DNA of 63,136 nt, the filler included, from Octopus bimaculoides (taxonomy: Eukaryota): the NCBI RefSeq assembly GCF_001194135.2. It is 8 parts of 8 records of this genome, joined end to end, with 100 filler letters (N's around TTAATTAATTAA, not from the genome) between each part and the next. Parts side by side here need not be neighbours in the genome. Positions count along the whole stretch, not along the records: positions 32,064 to 44,469 come from NC_068988.1; positions 44,570 to 49,081 come from NW_026419585.1; positions 49,182 to 58,044 come from NC_068982.1; 5 more parts are not named here. The stretch is one strand, 5' to 3'. The notes under the pieces are model-generated. The model was given only the letters and a program-made list of their open reading frames with translations. It was not told the origin of the DNA and did no database searches. This document shows positions 37,478 to 51,258 of the stretch, piece by piece. Numbering within the stretch: position 1 is the stretch's first letter; each line of letters opens with the position of its first letter. The translations under genes were made by a program, and so were the position numbers.

Positions 37478-37513
37478 TCATTTGACGCAAGACTTGGCTC
37501 GAAACGTTAGAAT
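37478..37513 (+). ncRNA. Decayed hammerhead motif related to the 10531 family
   Basis: UUUGACGCAAGACUUGGCUC GAAAC GUU AGAAU. The 3' half matches CUC GAAAC GUU; the 5' core is mutated. Confidence 0.3.
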
Positions 37514-38779
37514 TCTCGTCACTTCACGGCATCCGAACTTATTTGATTTCAAATCCAGTCATCTTCAAATTTTCCTTTCATTCTTTCGGTGTGTCAATAT
37601 GATAAATATTAATCATATACTGGGGTTGATTCAATCAACTACATCCTTTGCAAGGTTAAAACTGGCGTTGCGCCTAGTCAATTGTTTCTAATAAATATTC
37701 TCTTTTTTTTTTCATTATGTTCTACAAATTTATTTTAAATTGTAATGAAAAAAAGAAATTCACAACGATAAAATGTTTTGTTAGTTTATCAATAAATGAT
37801 TCTAACGTGACTGATATGAAGTTAAAAATGATTAATTGGGTTTGGTGAGATTATAACAAGAAGAAGGAAAAAAAAACATAATACTATTATAAAAGAAAGT
37901 GAGATTGTAATATTTGAAAGCAATAAAGAATAAAGAAAGAAACAACAATAACACAACAATAATGCCAGCAACGTCAGAAACATCAAAAATAAAATATCAA
38001 CAACAACAATAGTGAAACAATAAATGTAAGAATACTAAAAAATAACCACATTAGCAACAACAACAACAACAACAACAACAATAATGATTTCTTTTAATTT
38101 AAAAAAAATATTAGTAATAATGTCGGCTGCAACAACACCAAAAACAAGGAAAGAGATTTATATCGACAAAAAACAGCAACAACAATAACAACTAGTGAAT
38201 TCAACTCAAACAACATCACAATAACAAAGATTGTTAAAAAAAAAACTGAAACTGCTAATGATACGATGAAGAAAAGAAAGGGAAAAAACGAAACAAATAC
38301 AAAGAAAAAACTAAAATAGAACGAAAAAATAATAAAACATATTTTAATAAAAAAATATACAAAAATCCAATAAAGTAATAAAGAAGTGAACATAGTAACA
38401 ATAACGACATCGATGAAACCAAACTACTACCAACCCCATGCCAACCATTTACGACCCACAAAGTTATAGAAGTGATTTGTGGAATGATTGAAATCAACAG
38501 AATATAACGAACTATACAGGAAGTGTTTGACATTATGAAGACGGTGAAGTTTGAAGTGGCGGTTATTATAGAGTGCCTAATGCAAAAACAGTATTTAAGT
38601 CCATCCTTAAATATTCTCTGTTCAAATCATACTAGCTGCGGGGTGCGATAAAACACGTACTGCAATGTGATACGACATACTTTGGGACCACTGCGCCACA
38701 CTCTGACTCATATTTGTAGCATTATTATTTAAGGAAATATTAGCAAAAATCCTTTATTTGATTAGAATAATGCCTGAAA

Positions 38780-39470
38780 TTTTAGGGGAAAATGGGTTAG
38801 TCGATTACATCGAACCAGTATTCAGCAGGTACACATTTTACCGTCCCCGAAAGGCTGATTTAGCGGCACTTGACCTTAGAACGAAGAGCCAGAGCAAGGA
38901 AACAAACTTTACAGGAAAGAAACAGTCATTACAATCAATCGATGAATTAAATTTATCGACCGCGGATAAATGAAAGTCAACGGCAAGTTTTATGGGATTC
39001 GAACTCAGAACGTAATGAAAGAATACAAACCAGAAGATATTTTGTCCAGCAATCAAACAATTCTGTCCGCCTACCGTTCATACAGATCACTCGTATTACT
39101 TCTATCTAACAAAAAACAACGCAACGAACTTATGCCCAACAAAATGCCTAGCGGCTATTTTCCGGTTCTTTATGTTCTGGGTTTAAATTCCGCCTAGATT
39201 TACTTTACTTTTCATTTTTTCGGAATCGATAAAATAAGTATCAATTCAATACTGGGGTCGATGTACGTGACTTGTCACTACATATAAAATTATTAGGATG
39301 GCTTAGTGGAATAAATGTGAAGCAATCTTTTCAAACAATGGTACAAGGCCAGGCATTTTACGTTAAAGGATGGTCGTTGAAATCGACTCCAGTTCTGCTC
39401 TGGTATTTATTTTTATCGACCCAAAATGATGAAATGTGGAGTTGTTTATCGCAGGATCGAAACAGAACGA
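38780..39470. mobile_element. Cluster of four decayed family B SINE pieces in mixed orientation
   Basis: About 38780-38880 (-), 38940-39080 (-), 39120-39270 (+) and 39340-39470 (-). Confidence 0.6.
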
Positions 39471-39635
39471 AAAAGAAATGGATAACAAACCACAAGATAA
39501 ATATCAAGTTCGAAATTGTAACAATTCTGCCAATCTGCACCTCTTAAATATCGTTTAAAACAGGAATAGTAGTTGTTAGCATCAACACAAATGAAAGGGT
39601 AGGACAATTAAAGATTGACTTTATATTGATCTCAG

Positions 39636-40647
39636 GTGTCGATACATGAAACCGGTGAGTACTGTAATTCTTAAATATGCGTCAACTATTGGAAATAGTC
39701 TTAGCACTGCAATGCATAAATGTATGATGTTAAGGTAAGCTTCCATGAACTTTTCTTTATCCCTGTTTACATCATTTGATACACAGTCTACCTGTTCGTT
39801 ACTAACACGCCTAAACCACACACACACACACGCATACACACATACATGCATGAAGATAGATATATGTGAGCACATATACATAACCACAACCAGTCCTTCT
39901 AGCTTTAAGGGTTAAAACACCGCTGTCTATTTCTAATTTCATTTCTATCATCCTTCCCCCGAAGAAGTAGTACGTCAGAAACGCGGCATGTGTGCCGTGT
40001 TCTTTTATCGATTTTACAAAATAATACAAGTGTTGCGGATTTATACAACCACCAGACTCTTTGGATTCTGTGCTATCTTATATGCAAGTTTGTGCGTATA
40101 TTCGTGTGCATATGTCTGTGTGTATGCACATGTGTTTGAGTGTCATTGAACGAATGTTGCTGGTAGAAACTCCTAAATCAGATGCTTTTTGAACGAATCC
40201 ATGCTGTAATTTGTCTCGCATAGAATGAATTACACTCCCTGAATTACCCTCCCTTATCATCCATCTCCGTGAGGTAAGTTTAGTACCTATAACTTGTTCG
40301 TTTTAAACCTACTGTTAATAACGTCAAATCTGACCGTCTATTTTTCATTGTAGGAATAGTATTATACTGCAACTATTAATCAAATTGTATTTTATGTTTC
40401 ATACCTGCTCACACCTAAAATGTTTTTCCATTGTCCTGCCTGTCTATTTGCAGGCATCTATCTATTGTACCAACTTTTAGTCAAGAAGGGTGTAGACAAG
40501 CCATGGAAAGCCTTCTGTATTGTCCGATTAAAGAAAGTGTGGTGGATGGTGGAATAGAGAAAACAGCAGACGAAATGTTTTGTTACGTTTATGGCCAGTT
40601 CAAGACGTCAAGATCGTGAAAATTTGTCTTAAGCCTTCGGAAAAAAG
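39636..40647 (+). other. Candidate three-exon spliced transcript (39636-39654, 40224-40273, 40454-40647)
   Basis: Acceptors TCTCAG, CGCATAG and TTTGCAG; donors GTGAGT, GTAAGT and GTACAA. Splicing gives an in-frame 75-aa ORF, MKP|NELHSLNYPPLSSISVR|HLSIVPTF...QFKTSRS*. No homology recognised. Confidence 0.25.
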
Positions 40648-41154
40648 GTACAATAATAGTGTTGATTCTACCAATTGTTTCCTTCTCTCAAATTTGTGAT
40701 CATCTACGTAAGTTATAAACTATCATTTGAAGGACATAACATATTTCGATGTCACTGAAATAGATTTTACCTTTTTTTTTTCCGGAACGATAAATCATGT
40801 TGCAGTTTTTTAAATCTCAACTGACATTTCATTCAAAAACCTTCCATCCATAATTGTTCGTGTTTTTTACTTATTAGGCATAGTATATCTTTGCCTACAT
40901 TATCCATTGTATCATCCACATCTTTTTAATTTGCTGCGTTATGATTTTCAGAATATCTCGATGGTACAGCTAGAAAATCGGATAACAGAATTAGTTCGTC
41001 GCAGTGATTAAAATACTTGATTCAATAAACACCGAAACGTATATATGTTGTGTCAATTTTACATTGCCGATGTTAAAAGTGTTCTTTTTTTTTCAGGGGC
41101 AACATCGATCGAAACATTCTTGTGATGAAACGTCCATAACTTCAACTTTACAGT

Positions 41155-41390
41155 ATTTATTTCTTTATCGCCCACAGGAGGCTAAACATAGAGGGGACAA
41201 ACAAGGACAAACAAAAGGATTAAGTCGATTACATCGACCACAGTGCGTAACTGGCATTTATTTAATCGACACCGAAAGAATGAAAGGCAAAATCGACCTC
41301 GGTGGAATTTGAACTCAGAATATAACGGCAGACGAAATACTGCTAAGCATTTCGCCCGGTGTACTAACAATTCTGCCAGCTCGCCGCCAT
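41155..41390 (-). mobile_element. SINE family B, near full length
   Basis: Aligns to 26815-27047. Confidence 0.85.
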
Positions 41391-42149
41391 TCAACTTTAC
41401 ATTATCGTCGTACTGTATTATTTTACGTGTGCATTATATAATATAATTCTAAATATAATGTCTGTTATACTTCTGACTTTCTGTATCTAGGAACATTATA
41501 TTTAATTAGGCAATCCTTTATTTTAAAATTTGCAGTTTATGATGTGAGGTAGATTTAGCTGCTACTTCTCGCAGATTCACCGACCGTATAGTAATTCTTG
41601 TTTCGTTGCCTCGGTAGTTGTTATATTTTATCAAACAGAAATCATTATTTGGCATTATCTCTAAAGCGAACACATGTTACTAGGTGGTTTCAATTGAATT
41701 TTATGATTAAAATAACGACATCATACTAAAAAGTCATCAGTTTCAAAGTATCCCCATTATCAGGTATTGATCACGAGTGCTAAAATAAATAAGAACAGAA
41801 ATTCAAAGCCGAAACAACACAAATAAGTATAAGGAAAAAAATAACGTGAAATAGATAAAAATAAAAATATAAAACGAAACATTTTTCAAAAAAGAAAACA
41901 AAATCTATTTTTAACGCGAAATAAGATTATCAATTACTTTGATGTGAGTGTTAAAAAAAAATTATTTTATAATTTAGCATGATTTCTTTTAGACCGATAA
42001 ATATTTGCTTGCATTTTAAATGTGGACTAAATGAGAATGTCAGAGTAAAAAAAAAAACTAAAGAAGTGTCCTCGAGGATGATAAATGTGATGAGGAGGAG
42101 TAAAAGAATGATTGAAATGGTAATGTTGATGATGATCATTGCTGTTGTT

Positions 42150-43350
42150 TAGTGCTAGGTATATCATGGTCAGGTGGATATCTTACTTTTTGCAGATAAC
42201 TTATCAATAACTTATTTACAAAATTTGTGTGTGACTTGAGCGAGATTTTCCTGAAGTTCCTTCTAGTTAAAGCGATCGCATACAAGTTGCTTCATTTTCT
42301 TGATGACCGCGATGGTGACAATCTTGCGCAGTAGAAGCTCCAGAGTCATTATGTACTGAAGAGTAAGAAGGGTCCTCTTTGACGACCCTAACAGGTAGTA
42401 TTGGTTGGGTAAAAAAAAAAAAAATTCACTCAACATTGAAGAGATCCAACCTCTGACGGAGAAAAGACCCTCTGCTGAAATGATAGTTAACGCATATTAG
42501 CCATCGATTCTATTGAAAGCATTTGAGCGATCTAAGTTGTCATGGTACCACGCAGGCCTGCTTCATTGTCCCATCTCTATGATGTATTGCACACTGTGGT
42601 GATTGTCCTGTACACATGTGTTCAGAACAGCGCATGTTTCTGCATCACGAATCCTATCACCAGCGACAAGCATCAAAATTTTGAAATCTGATTCATGGAG
42701 CGTTATAGGTCAAACATTATCAATGTGGTACAAATATGTCTAGGTCCTTTCGCAGCTGTGTAGCTGATTCTTGAGACAGGAACTAAGAATTCTCTTATTC
42801 TCCTTGTTGCGATCGATATCAGCCATGCGGTCATCGAACAAGTCAGGCATATGAAAATACAGGTCGTAGGTTAGACCATCCATACTAGCCGACATGATTC
42901 ACAGCTTACCCATACAGCTAGCCATCGGTTCCAATATTTCTGTTGCTCTTTCTCGCTTTTTCGCAACACTCCATATCCACTGCGGAGAATCTTACCATAC
43001 CGTCGAGGCAGACATTAAGGTTTAGTCGGCTAACAGGTGCACAATTCATTCGAGCAATTGCTGTTGAAAAGCCGTGCACATATGCTTCTGATTTAGCAAC
43101 ATGTAGGCTTCACGATTCATCAAGAAAGCATTGTACCTTCGTTGCCTCATTGTGCCTTTGCCGCACGGGCCCATCGAACAACTTTCATTTATTTGTACCT
43201 TAGAGCATGCGCAAAATTCGTGCATTGCGTTGAAGAATTTGTTGAGGGCCAATCACATCAACTCATGTCGGTTGTCATAGTTTTCTCAGTATGTTCTTCT
43301 CGGAACATTTCCTTGATCTGTTTGGTCTAAAATCTGCTTTGGTATCGCGA
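42150..43350 (-). mobile_element. Highly decayed L1/Tx1-like RT
   Basis: Minus-strand remnants in the expected order: MPDLF, PITxHESDFKIL (RPITLLNxDxKIL-like), LDRSNAFNRID (LDQxKAFDRV-like) and GPFLLFxYIMTLELLLRK. Confidence 0.6.
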
Positions 43351-44110
43351 TTTTAACTATTCTCGGGTGTCTGTTGATATGCCACTCTGCTTCTAGTTGA
43401 TTTGTCGTCTAATGGGGCTAAATCAAATATGTTTGCAACGCCAGCAAATGAATAACTGTTAATATTAAATGAGCTTCCACTTCTACTGCCGCTGTTATTA
43501 CATCTGTTGTTGTTGATGATGCACTCATTGCTGTTTATGAGCGTGGCAGTAATAGCACCATTGCTGTAGTACAGACTGTTGCAACAGGAAGCTGAGCAGT
43601 AGTAATAAATATCTCTTCCTCGCAGTTGATATTTTTTGTGGTGGCGATACTTTTTCTACTGCCCTCTGCTGTTCCATTTGTTACATCGTTACTAATGTTG
43701 ATACTACTGATGCTGTTACTAATGTTGTTAGCGATTACTAATGTTATGTTCTCGTGTAGTGTCAGGACTTGATTGTGAACAAATTTTCACCTTGTAGATA
43801 AAATTCGACATTCCTGTCTTCCTGGACGTTCGCCAGTGTTGAAAGTGTGCAAGCTATGTTGATATTTCTGTATTGATTTTCAAGTAAAAGGTGTTTCTTT
43901 CAGATTTTGTTTCTCCGGTGGAGTAGCAAACGCATCCTGGCCAGCTTAATAACAAAATGGAACAAAAAAGATTAGCAAAAGCAATCCAGCCGGAAAATAT
44001 CACTCAATAATAATAATAATAATAATAATGATGATGATGATGATGAGCATGATGATGACGATAACAATAATAATAATAATAATAATAATAACGATAATAT
44101 TAATAATAAT

Positions 44111-44388
44111 AAACGAAAAGTTGAGAGATATGAGAGGTTAGCTTGGGAAGTTAAGCAGTTGTGATCGATGAAAAAAGTAGCAGTGGGAACAGTGAGCAAA
44201 AATCTCGAGAAGTACGTGGGACAAATAGGGGCTGCAATAAGGGTGGAGCACTTGGAGAAAACAGCACTGATTGGAACCGCTCGAATACTCCGGAAGGTGC
44301 TCGAAAAATAAGAGGTGTTACCTTAGTTCACTGGTAGTGAACAGCTGACACTGTAATACATCTCCAGCGTTAGAAGCTGTGCAAAGGC
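44111..44388 (+). mobile_element. 5'-truncated R4/Dong-like copy (family D) inside a (TAA)n tract
   Basis: VERYERLAWEVKQL*...EHLEKTALIGTARILRKVLEK*. Flanked by AAT repeats on both sides (about 44007-44110 and 44389-44469). Confidence 0.9.
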
Positions 44389-44397
44389 AATAATAAC

Positions 44398-44469
<72 letters not shown>

Positions 44470-45526
44470 NNNNNNNNNNNNNNNNNNNNNNNNNNNNNNN
44501 NNNNNNNNNNNNNTTAATTAATTAANNNNNNNNNNNNNNNNNNNNNNNNNNNNNNNNNNNNNNNNNNNNGGGGTTCCTGGTGTTAGCGGTTGTGTTAACC
44601 TCATGAAAGGATGGAATCATCCAATAAAATATTGATTCAATACCTAGTAATTTGGGGGAATGTATTTCCTTAAAATAATAGGTGTATATATAAAACACAT
44701 ATAGTTTATATTTATATATTCATTTAAAAGAAAGAAAATGCAAAACGAGAAGTTAATAATTGTTTATGTTTAACAGCAAATTGATCATTTTCACTTATAG
44801 CCGTTTCAATTAATACTCGATTAATATGAAATTTAAATTCAATTAATATGAAATTTAAATTCAATTAATATCAAATTTAAATTTATGTGATTTGAGAATA
44901 ATATCATCAAATGAAAAAGATGTACATTTGGGTGTTATGTGTGTGCATATGAATTTATTTAAGAAGAGCGAATTTTACAGTTTACGATTTGAATTATTAT
45001 ATGCTCGGGCGAGGAATTTACAAGTTGATTACATAGATAAAGTAGATAAAGCAAATAAAGTAGAATGAGTAAATAAAATTTGAACAAGTTGATTACATAG
45101 ATAAAGTAGATAAAGCAAATAAAGTAGAATGAGTAAATAAAATTTGAACAATAAAAAAATAAAATAGAGATGATAGGGGAAAGTTAAATATAAATAAGCT
45201 ATGTTTATAATTAATAAAAGAATGGAACATACATTTATAAAGTATGAATAGAATTATTAAAATTGATATACATTGCATGTACACCCACACACGCGCGCAC
45301 ACACACATATATATGCATACATATATATATATATATATATATGCATACATATATNNNNNNNNNNNNNNNNNNNNNNNNNNNNNNNNNNNNNNNNNNNNNN
45401 NNNNNNNNNNNNNNNNNNNNNNNNNNNNNNNNNNNNNNNNNNNNNNNNNNNNNNNNNNNNNNNNNNNNNNNNNNNNNNNNNNNNNNNNNNNNNNNNNNNN
45501 NNNNNNNNNNNNNNNNTATATATATA

Positions 45527-45649
45527 CAGGGTGTCCACAATGTCTGGGTACACAAGGATTAACACATACTTTAAGAAATTATTATCTCTTATATTTAATT
45601 ATGTTATAATTTTATTTACCCCTTGTACCCAGACTTTGTGGACACCCTG
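45527..45649. mobile_element. Tc1/mariner-type MITE with TA target-site duplication
   Basis: TA-CAGGGTGTCCACAA...TTGTGGACACCCTG-TA. Confidence 0.85.
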
Positions 45650-46799
45650 TATATATACGTAGCCATACACCCACATATTTCCACAGAGATACACGCATAT
45701 AGCCATATGTATACAAACGTCTACGCTTGCACACCTATTCATACATTCACGTACATGCATAACAACTCACACACACACGTATGTATATATACACGCATAT
45801 ATATATGCATATATGCAGATGAGTTCTCTTCTACCTCATACCCCACTGAAAAGTAATTAATATAGATCCATATGGGTCAATTAATTCCCATTGTTTAAAG
45901 AAATTTTGAATTATTGTGTTTACATTTTAGCATTTCATGATATGATTATTTATTCTTAACGGTTCTCTAAGCTTTTGGTGTGTAAACGTGCATATCAGTA
46001 TAACATCACATAGATACGCATACGTGCACGTGCACGTGCAGTTAATCATAGATATACATATACGCACATAAACAGAACGCTATTAAGCCTTTGAACATTT
46101 TCCAACCAACATATCCCTCTAAATTTCTCCTTTATTTGTTCTCTACTTATTATTTCTTTATCTATTCTCTTCCTATGGTCTACGTTTGACGTCAGATCTA
46201 CTAACGGTTCTTTTAAAAATATTTAATAGCGTTCTGTTTATCATTTATGCAGTCATCAAAATTGTTATAATGTCTTGTTGAGATTGGTTCTCTTTCTTTC
46301 CGATTGAGTAGATTACATTATTTTACACCGTTTATTCCTTTGGAATAAAACCAATGTTATCATCGAAACATATGTCGAAAGTATCAGAATTTGAATAACA
46401 TTACTTATACTATACAAATTATTGCACACTAACCCGGAGTTTCTACCTTTGAATAGGTTGCTACATCCTTGTTACTTGCGTGAATTTTGCTACCCTGGTA
46501 ACTGTTTATTATGCGCCAGCACCATAACTATGTGTGTATATATATATATATATACACGCATGCATATACATATATATACACACTTGTACACGCACACTCA
46601 CACGATCACGCACTCACACACGCTTGCGCACAAATGTGTTCTATTTCTCTCTTTAATTTAAACGTTTTTACCGGTCAACGACTTGGTACCAATGTGTTGA
46701 AGGAATGTATCTTGATTGAACAGTCTTCCTTTGAATCTGAGGAAGCTCTTGCAGATTTATATAACCTCAAATATCGTGATCATTTATAGCATATATATA

Positions 46800-47300
46800 T
46801 TAACGATTTGCATTCTCTCTCCAAGGTTCTAAGTCCAGCAATACTTTGCTTCGGACGGGTTGATATGTATCCAGTTGTTGTACTAATAATAGGTGTGAAG
46901 CTGAAAGTCTCTATTCGGTGCTTGACTTACAATAGACGGATGTCTTTATCAATGGTCCATAGATATCCTCTTTCTCTTGTATTTTTCTAACCACATTCAT
47001 GTCGACAGTGGAAGCTGATTTCAACAACAGAACATATCATTTCTTTGTGATCTCACACAACAATATGTGGCCGACTGTGGTTTAAAGTGGTTATTGTTTT
47101 AAGTGAAAAGTTCTACTAAAGTTCTTTTGACACAGTGGTCTCAATATGGTCAGATCTTTTGTAGATATTCTCTTTTCTTTCTTATCCTGATCCAGACCAT
47201 AATAGCCAGAGTTTCATGTCTCATGAAGAGATAATATCGGGAAGACATTGTCTCACAGGTGGCGACAAAGTGGTTAATATCTTCAGTCTTGTATGTATGA
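46800..47300 (-). mobile_element. Decayed RLE LINE C-terminus (R4/Dong-group-like, a further family)
   Basis: TEDINHFVATCETMSSRYYLFMRHETLA (CCHC), HSRPHIVV*DHKEMICSVVEIS and DMNVVRKIQEKEDIYGPLIK. Confidence 0.65.
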
Positions 47301-47977
47301 ATATCATTGTTCAGTTTTATTTCAAGATTTCTTGCCTATAGAAAAAGAGCCGGTTTCTAACCTAGATTCAAAGCTCCTTCATTGAAATTTCAACATCAAC
47401 AACAGGGTATGTTTGTTTGTTTGTTTGTATGTATGTATGTATGTATGTATGTATGTATGTATGTATGTATATACGTACGTATATATATATATGTGTGTGT
47501 AGATCTGTATGTTTTGCTTTATGTGTGTATTCTTATGCATATATCTAGACATGCTCATATATATATTTAAATGATAAACTTCTGGAAAGTTCTACAGATT
47601 TTTACAGTTCCAGTGATGGATTGCATCTGTAGTCTTCGAATTAGCTTTCTCCTTTCTGGTTTTGGGAAGCCGAATTTCTCAAGATTGGTAATTAGGTAGT
47701 GTCTTATATATACCAGGGCCCCAATAATGTATATATGTATGTACGCATAAAACTATACTCATTTTTTAGATTATAGTATCCTTATAAATGAGTTGATAAT
47801 TGTTTTCCATTTTTAAAACCCAAACTGTCTGATGGCATTGAAGAAATAAATGAAGCAAAAACAAAATAATTTTGCAAAGATTTATTGGAGAAACGTTTCG
47901 GAAGGAAGATGAAATTTAAAGATTGTTTGAAGATCCAATTGGGATGTCAGTTGTGTTTCAGTTGTGTNNNNNNNNNN

Positions 47978-48017
<40 letters not shown>

Positions 48018-48929
48018 CTTAACTGTATTATGAATACTTATACACGTTGTTGAAGGTGCTTCGACTGCTTCTGATGTTATTGGTGTGTCGATAAGAAACA
48101 AAAGGTGGCGGTAGTTTCACAAGTATAGCAACAGCAGCAACATGTTATAGATTTACTCCAGCTTGGTTGATGTCAAATAACAACATCAACAACAGTAGTA
48201 GTAGCAGTAGTAGCAACAACAACAATGAACACAGCAATATCAACTGAAGTACGTTTCAGCAAGAAACCAAGATAACTTAAAATATCAAATAAAGTAATAT
48301 TACTTACAGCACATAATTGGCTAGACATTTTGCTTGCACTGGCTTTGCAACCGGCGCTAAGCATGCAGGTCTTGAAGTTAGCCACAACACTAGAAATATA
48401 AGAAATGAATGCATAAAAGCAAAGAAGAAAAACTCAAGTTGTTAGTGAACAACACAAAATATATGTTTCGTTTATGGATTTGGTTTGCAAGATTCTTTAT
48501 GTGAGTTCGTGCGTTGAAGCATATTCTGTTACAGAAAAAGAAAATGACCCTCACCAGACACAACACAGAATATATGAAATGTAAGGTAATTGTTATTTGC
48601 TTTTTCTCAGTTTTATATCTTTGGGACAAACTAAAAGCATTTTGTTGTGGTATATTATCTGATTGGGACGGACTAAATGTTAAAGTCGACTATAGTTTTC
48701 TTCTAGAAATAGCTGCCGAATTTCCTACGTATCATATCACCGTTTTCAAAAATAGAAACTTCGGATTTTCTGTCATACAAAGGTCTGGGTGACACATGTT
48801 GTATGTCACAGACCACTCTGTGTACGTTTGGAAAAGGAACAATTAAATGCAGTGCCAAATAAATTTCAAAATGTTCATATTAAGTATTCTGGGAAATTGG
48901 TGTCTCGCTCGGTTCTATAATGGTATGAA

Positions 48930-49081
48930 AGCTGAAGATTAAAACAAGAACTGTTGTCATAGGTGCTCTGGGAATGATAGCAAAAGGGTTGATTGCTACG
49001 TAGCTCAAATACCAGGAAACCCCAAACTAGCAGAAATTAAAAAGATAGTGCTCATGGAAACTGCCCATATCCTACGCGAAA
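48930..49081 (+). mobile_element. R4/Dong-like LINE C-terminal fragment
   Basis: TVVIGALGMIAKG...IPGNPKLAEIKKIVLMETAHILR across small indels. Confidence 0.7.
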
Positions 49082-49207
49082 NNNNNNNNNNNNNNNNNNN
49101 NNNNNNNNNNNNNNNNNNNNNNNNNTTAATTAATTAANNNNNNNNNNNNNNNNNNNNNNNNNNNNNNNNNNNNNNNNNNNNCTACTACTACTACTACTAC
49201 TACTACT

Positions 49208-49238
<31 letters not shown>

Positions 49239-50879
49239 CGACGACCACCACCACCACCACTATAAACAAGAGTATCAGTATGAAAAAACACTTCGTCTTC
49301 CTTCTCTAGTACTCGGATGCGGTTGGGTAGGGTGGTGGTTGTGTGTGTGCGTGTAGGTTGGTGTGCGATGGGTTTGTGGTGTATAGGACTTGTTGACAAT
49401 GGTTTGTCTGGTCCGTGTGTGGTCTCTGTTGTCGTATTTGATATGTGGTGTGTGAGTGTGTGTGGTGGCTGCGAAGAATAGTGACAACAACAACATCAAC
49501 AGCAGCAGCACACTACTATCATAAAACATAGGATAAATTAGTTACTGTAGTCCTAGATACACCAAGTAGCAGAAAAGGGATGGCCATGGCTGGATCATAG
49601 TTGGCTTGGACCAAACAGCAACGGCGACACCCCACCATACTACTACCGCTACCACTATCATCACTAGAAATAGGAGCTGTATGTTCCTTATAACATTACT
49701 GTCCTAAAAAGTGAAACACATCGGGAGGTTGTGTATAAAAAGACGGACTTTAGTTGAAACATCGTTGATCTGGCTAATCTGAGTTGACCAGGGGCTAAAG
49801 AACAACAATAAAGTAATTGCGTATTTTTCAGGAATTAAACAAATCCAGTAAAGTGATTGTCATCGATTGATGGTTTGTTATTGGATATTCTCTAACTAGT
49901 TTATGCACATTTTCTTATTAGTTTACCTGCAGATAGTGTCTAGTTTACCTGCAGATAGTGTCTAGTTTACCTGCAGATAGTGTCTAGTTTACCTGTGGTC
50001 TATCTAGTTATCAACAGACTGTCACAACCAGTGGTTCTCAGACTTTGCGGTTCACTTCCTTTCTCTTGTGATTCCAGGTTGTCTCAAATTCTCTCCAAAA
50101 TCTAGTAACTTTTTACCGTTCTACTTTAACAGTGGAAATTACTGAAACAATTTACGAAACTCAATTACTTTATTGCAATAAAATGGGGGAAACAATTACT
50201 TCTATGGATCATAAAGCTTTCATTTGATTTAATGCTATGTTGTTTGGAATGTCAAAAGTACTTTATTTTCATCAAAAGAGAGGGAGAGAAGTGGGGTGTA
50301 ATAACGCAGTTCTTGCGACCCAAATCTTCTATTTGATTTAATGCTCACTTTGGCCAGCAGGCACAGAGACTAAACAAGAATTGGAACAGATCCAGTCAGT
50401 TTTATTCGAAGGTCATCATGCTAACAGATGTTGAAACGTTCTCGCATCCACGTCTTTTAATTAGTATATCCGCAACATCACAAAAGGCACATCCAACCAA
50501 ATATGTTGTTGGGAAGGGCAAAACTACTTGCTGAGCCCGAGTATCATATTACCATGAACATGTTTTAAAAACCTTAATAATTGAAGAGAAGAGTTCCAAA
50601 CAGGATTAAGTCTGTCTGAAGCAATATTTTTCCTATATATATATATATATATGAGTAGCTTGCATAGCATATTTTTATTTAATTAATTTAGATTATTCCG
50701 GATTGACATAATATTACGCTTATTTAAGTTTGCTATTATAGTCTCCAGATTAAGAAGAGTAGAGTAAGAAATCTTAATTTTACTTTTACAAAATATTTGG
50801 GTTGAGTAAGAAATCCTAAGAACTCAAGACTGCCTTGCTCCACAAATCATGAGTATACTTTGTCTAACATGAGTAAAAA

Positions 50880-51010
50880 CCATTTGGATAAACACCCTAA
50901 ATCGAGAAATCGAGATAGGTTACGTAGTGATGACGTACTCTGGTATAATCCTCCTTGGAATTTCGCAGCCACTACTAGGATCTCTGATAGGTTCCCCTTC
51001 TAGCAGATAA
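50880..51010 (+). mobile_element. Possible PLE linker remnant
   Basis: NRDRLRSDDVLWYNPPWNF resembles the PLE motif R.IIWFNPP(F/Y). Single short motif only. Confidence 0.25.
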
Positions 51011-51094
51011 CATAAAATGTTTTGTAAAAGGAACACTAGGATGTTTTACCATACCTTTCCTAATCTAGGGATTAAATTCTTTTCTACTCTAAGA

Positions 51095-51258
51095 ACAAGG
51101 CCCGAAATTTTGGGGGAGGGGCTAGTCGATTAGATCGGCTCCAGTACGCAATTGGTACTTAATTTATCCACACCGGAATTTGAACTCAGAACGTAAAGAC
51201 AGACGGAATACCACTGAGCATTTCGCCCGACGTGCTAACGTTTCTGCCAGCTCACTGT
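51095..51258 (-). mobile_element. SINE family B with internal deletion
   Basis: GAATTTGAACTCAGAACGTAAAGACAGACGGAATACC...GCATTTCGCCCG.CGTGCTAACG.TTCTGCCAGCTC. Confidence 0.8.

Noticed and set aside
39955-39990. CCGAAGA...GAAACGCGGC possible decayed hammerhead (similar weak cases near 15110-15140 and 46345-46380)
   Set aside because: Too many core and stem mismatches to support a call.
45010-45150. Short perfect tandem duplications (63 bp here; 22 bp x3 near 49920; 23 bp near 44820; 34 bp near 37130)
   Set aside because: There are no unique spacers, so they are not CRISPR-like. They are ordinary slippage duplications.
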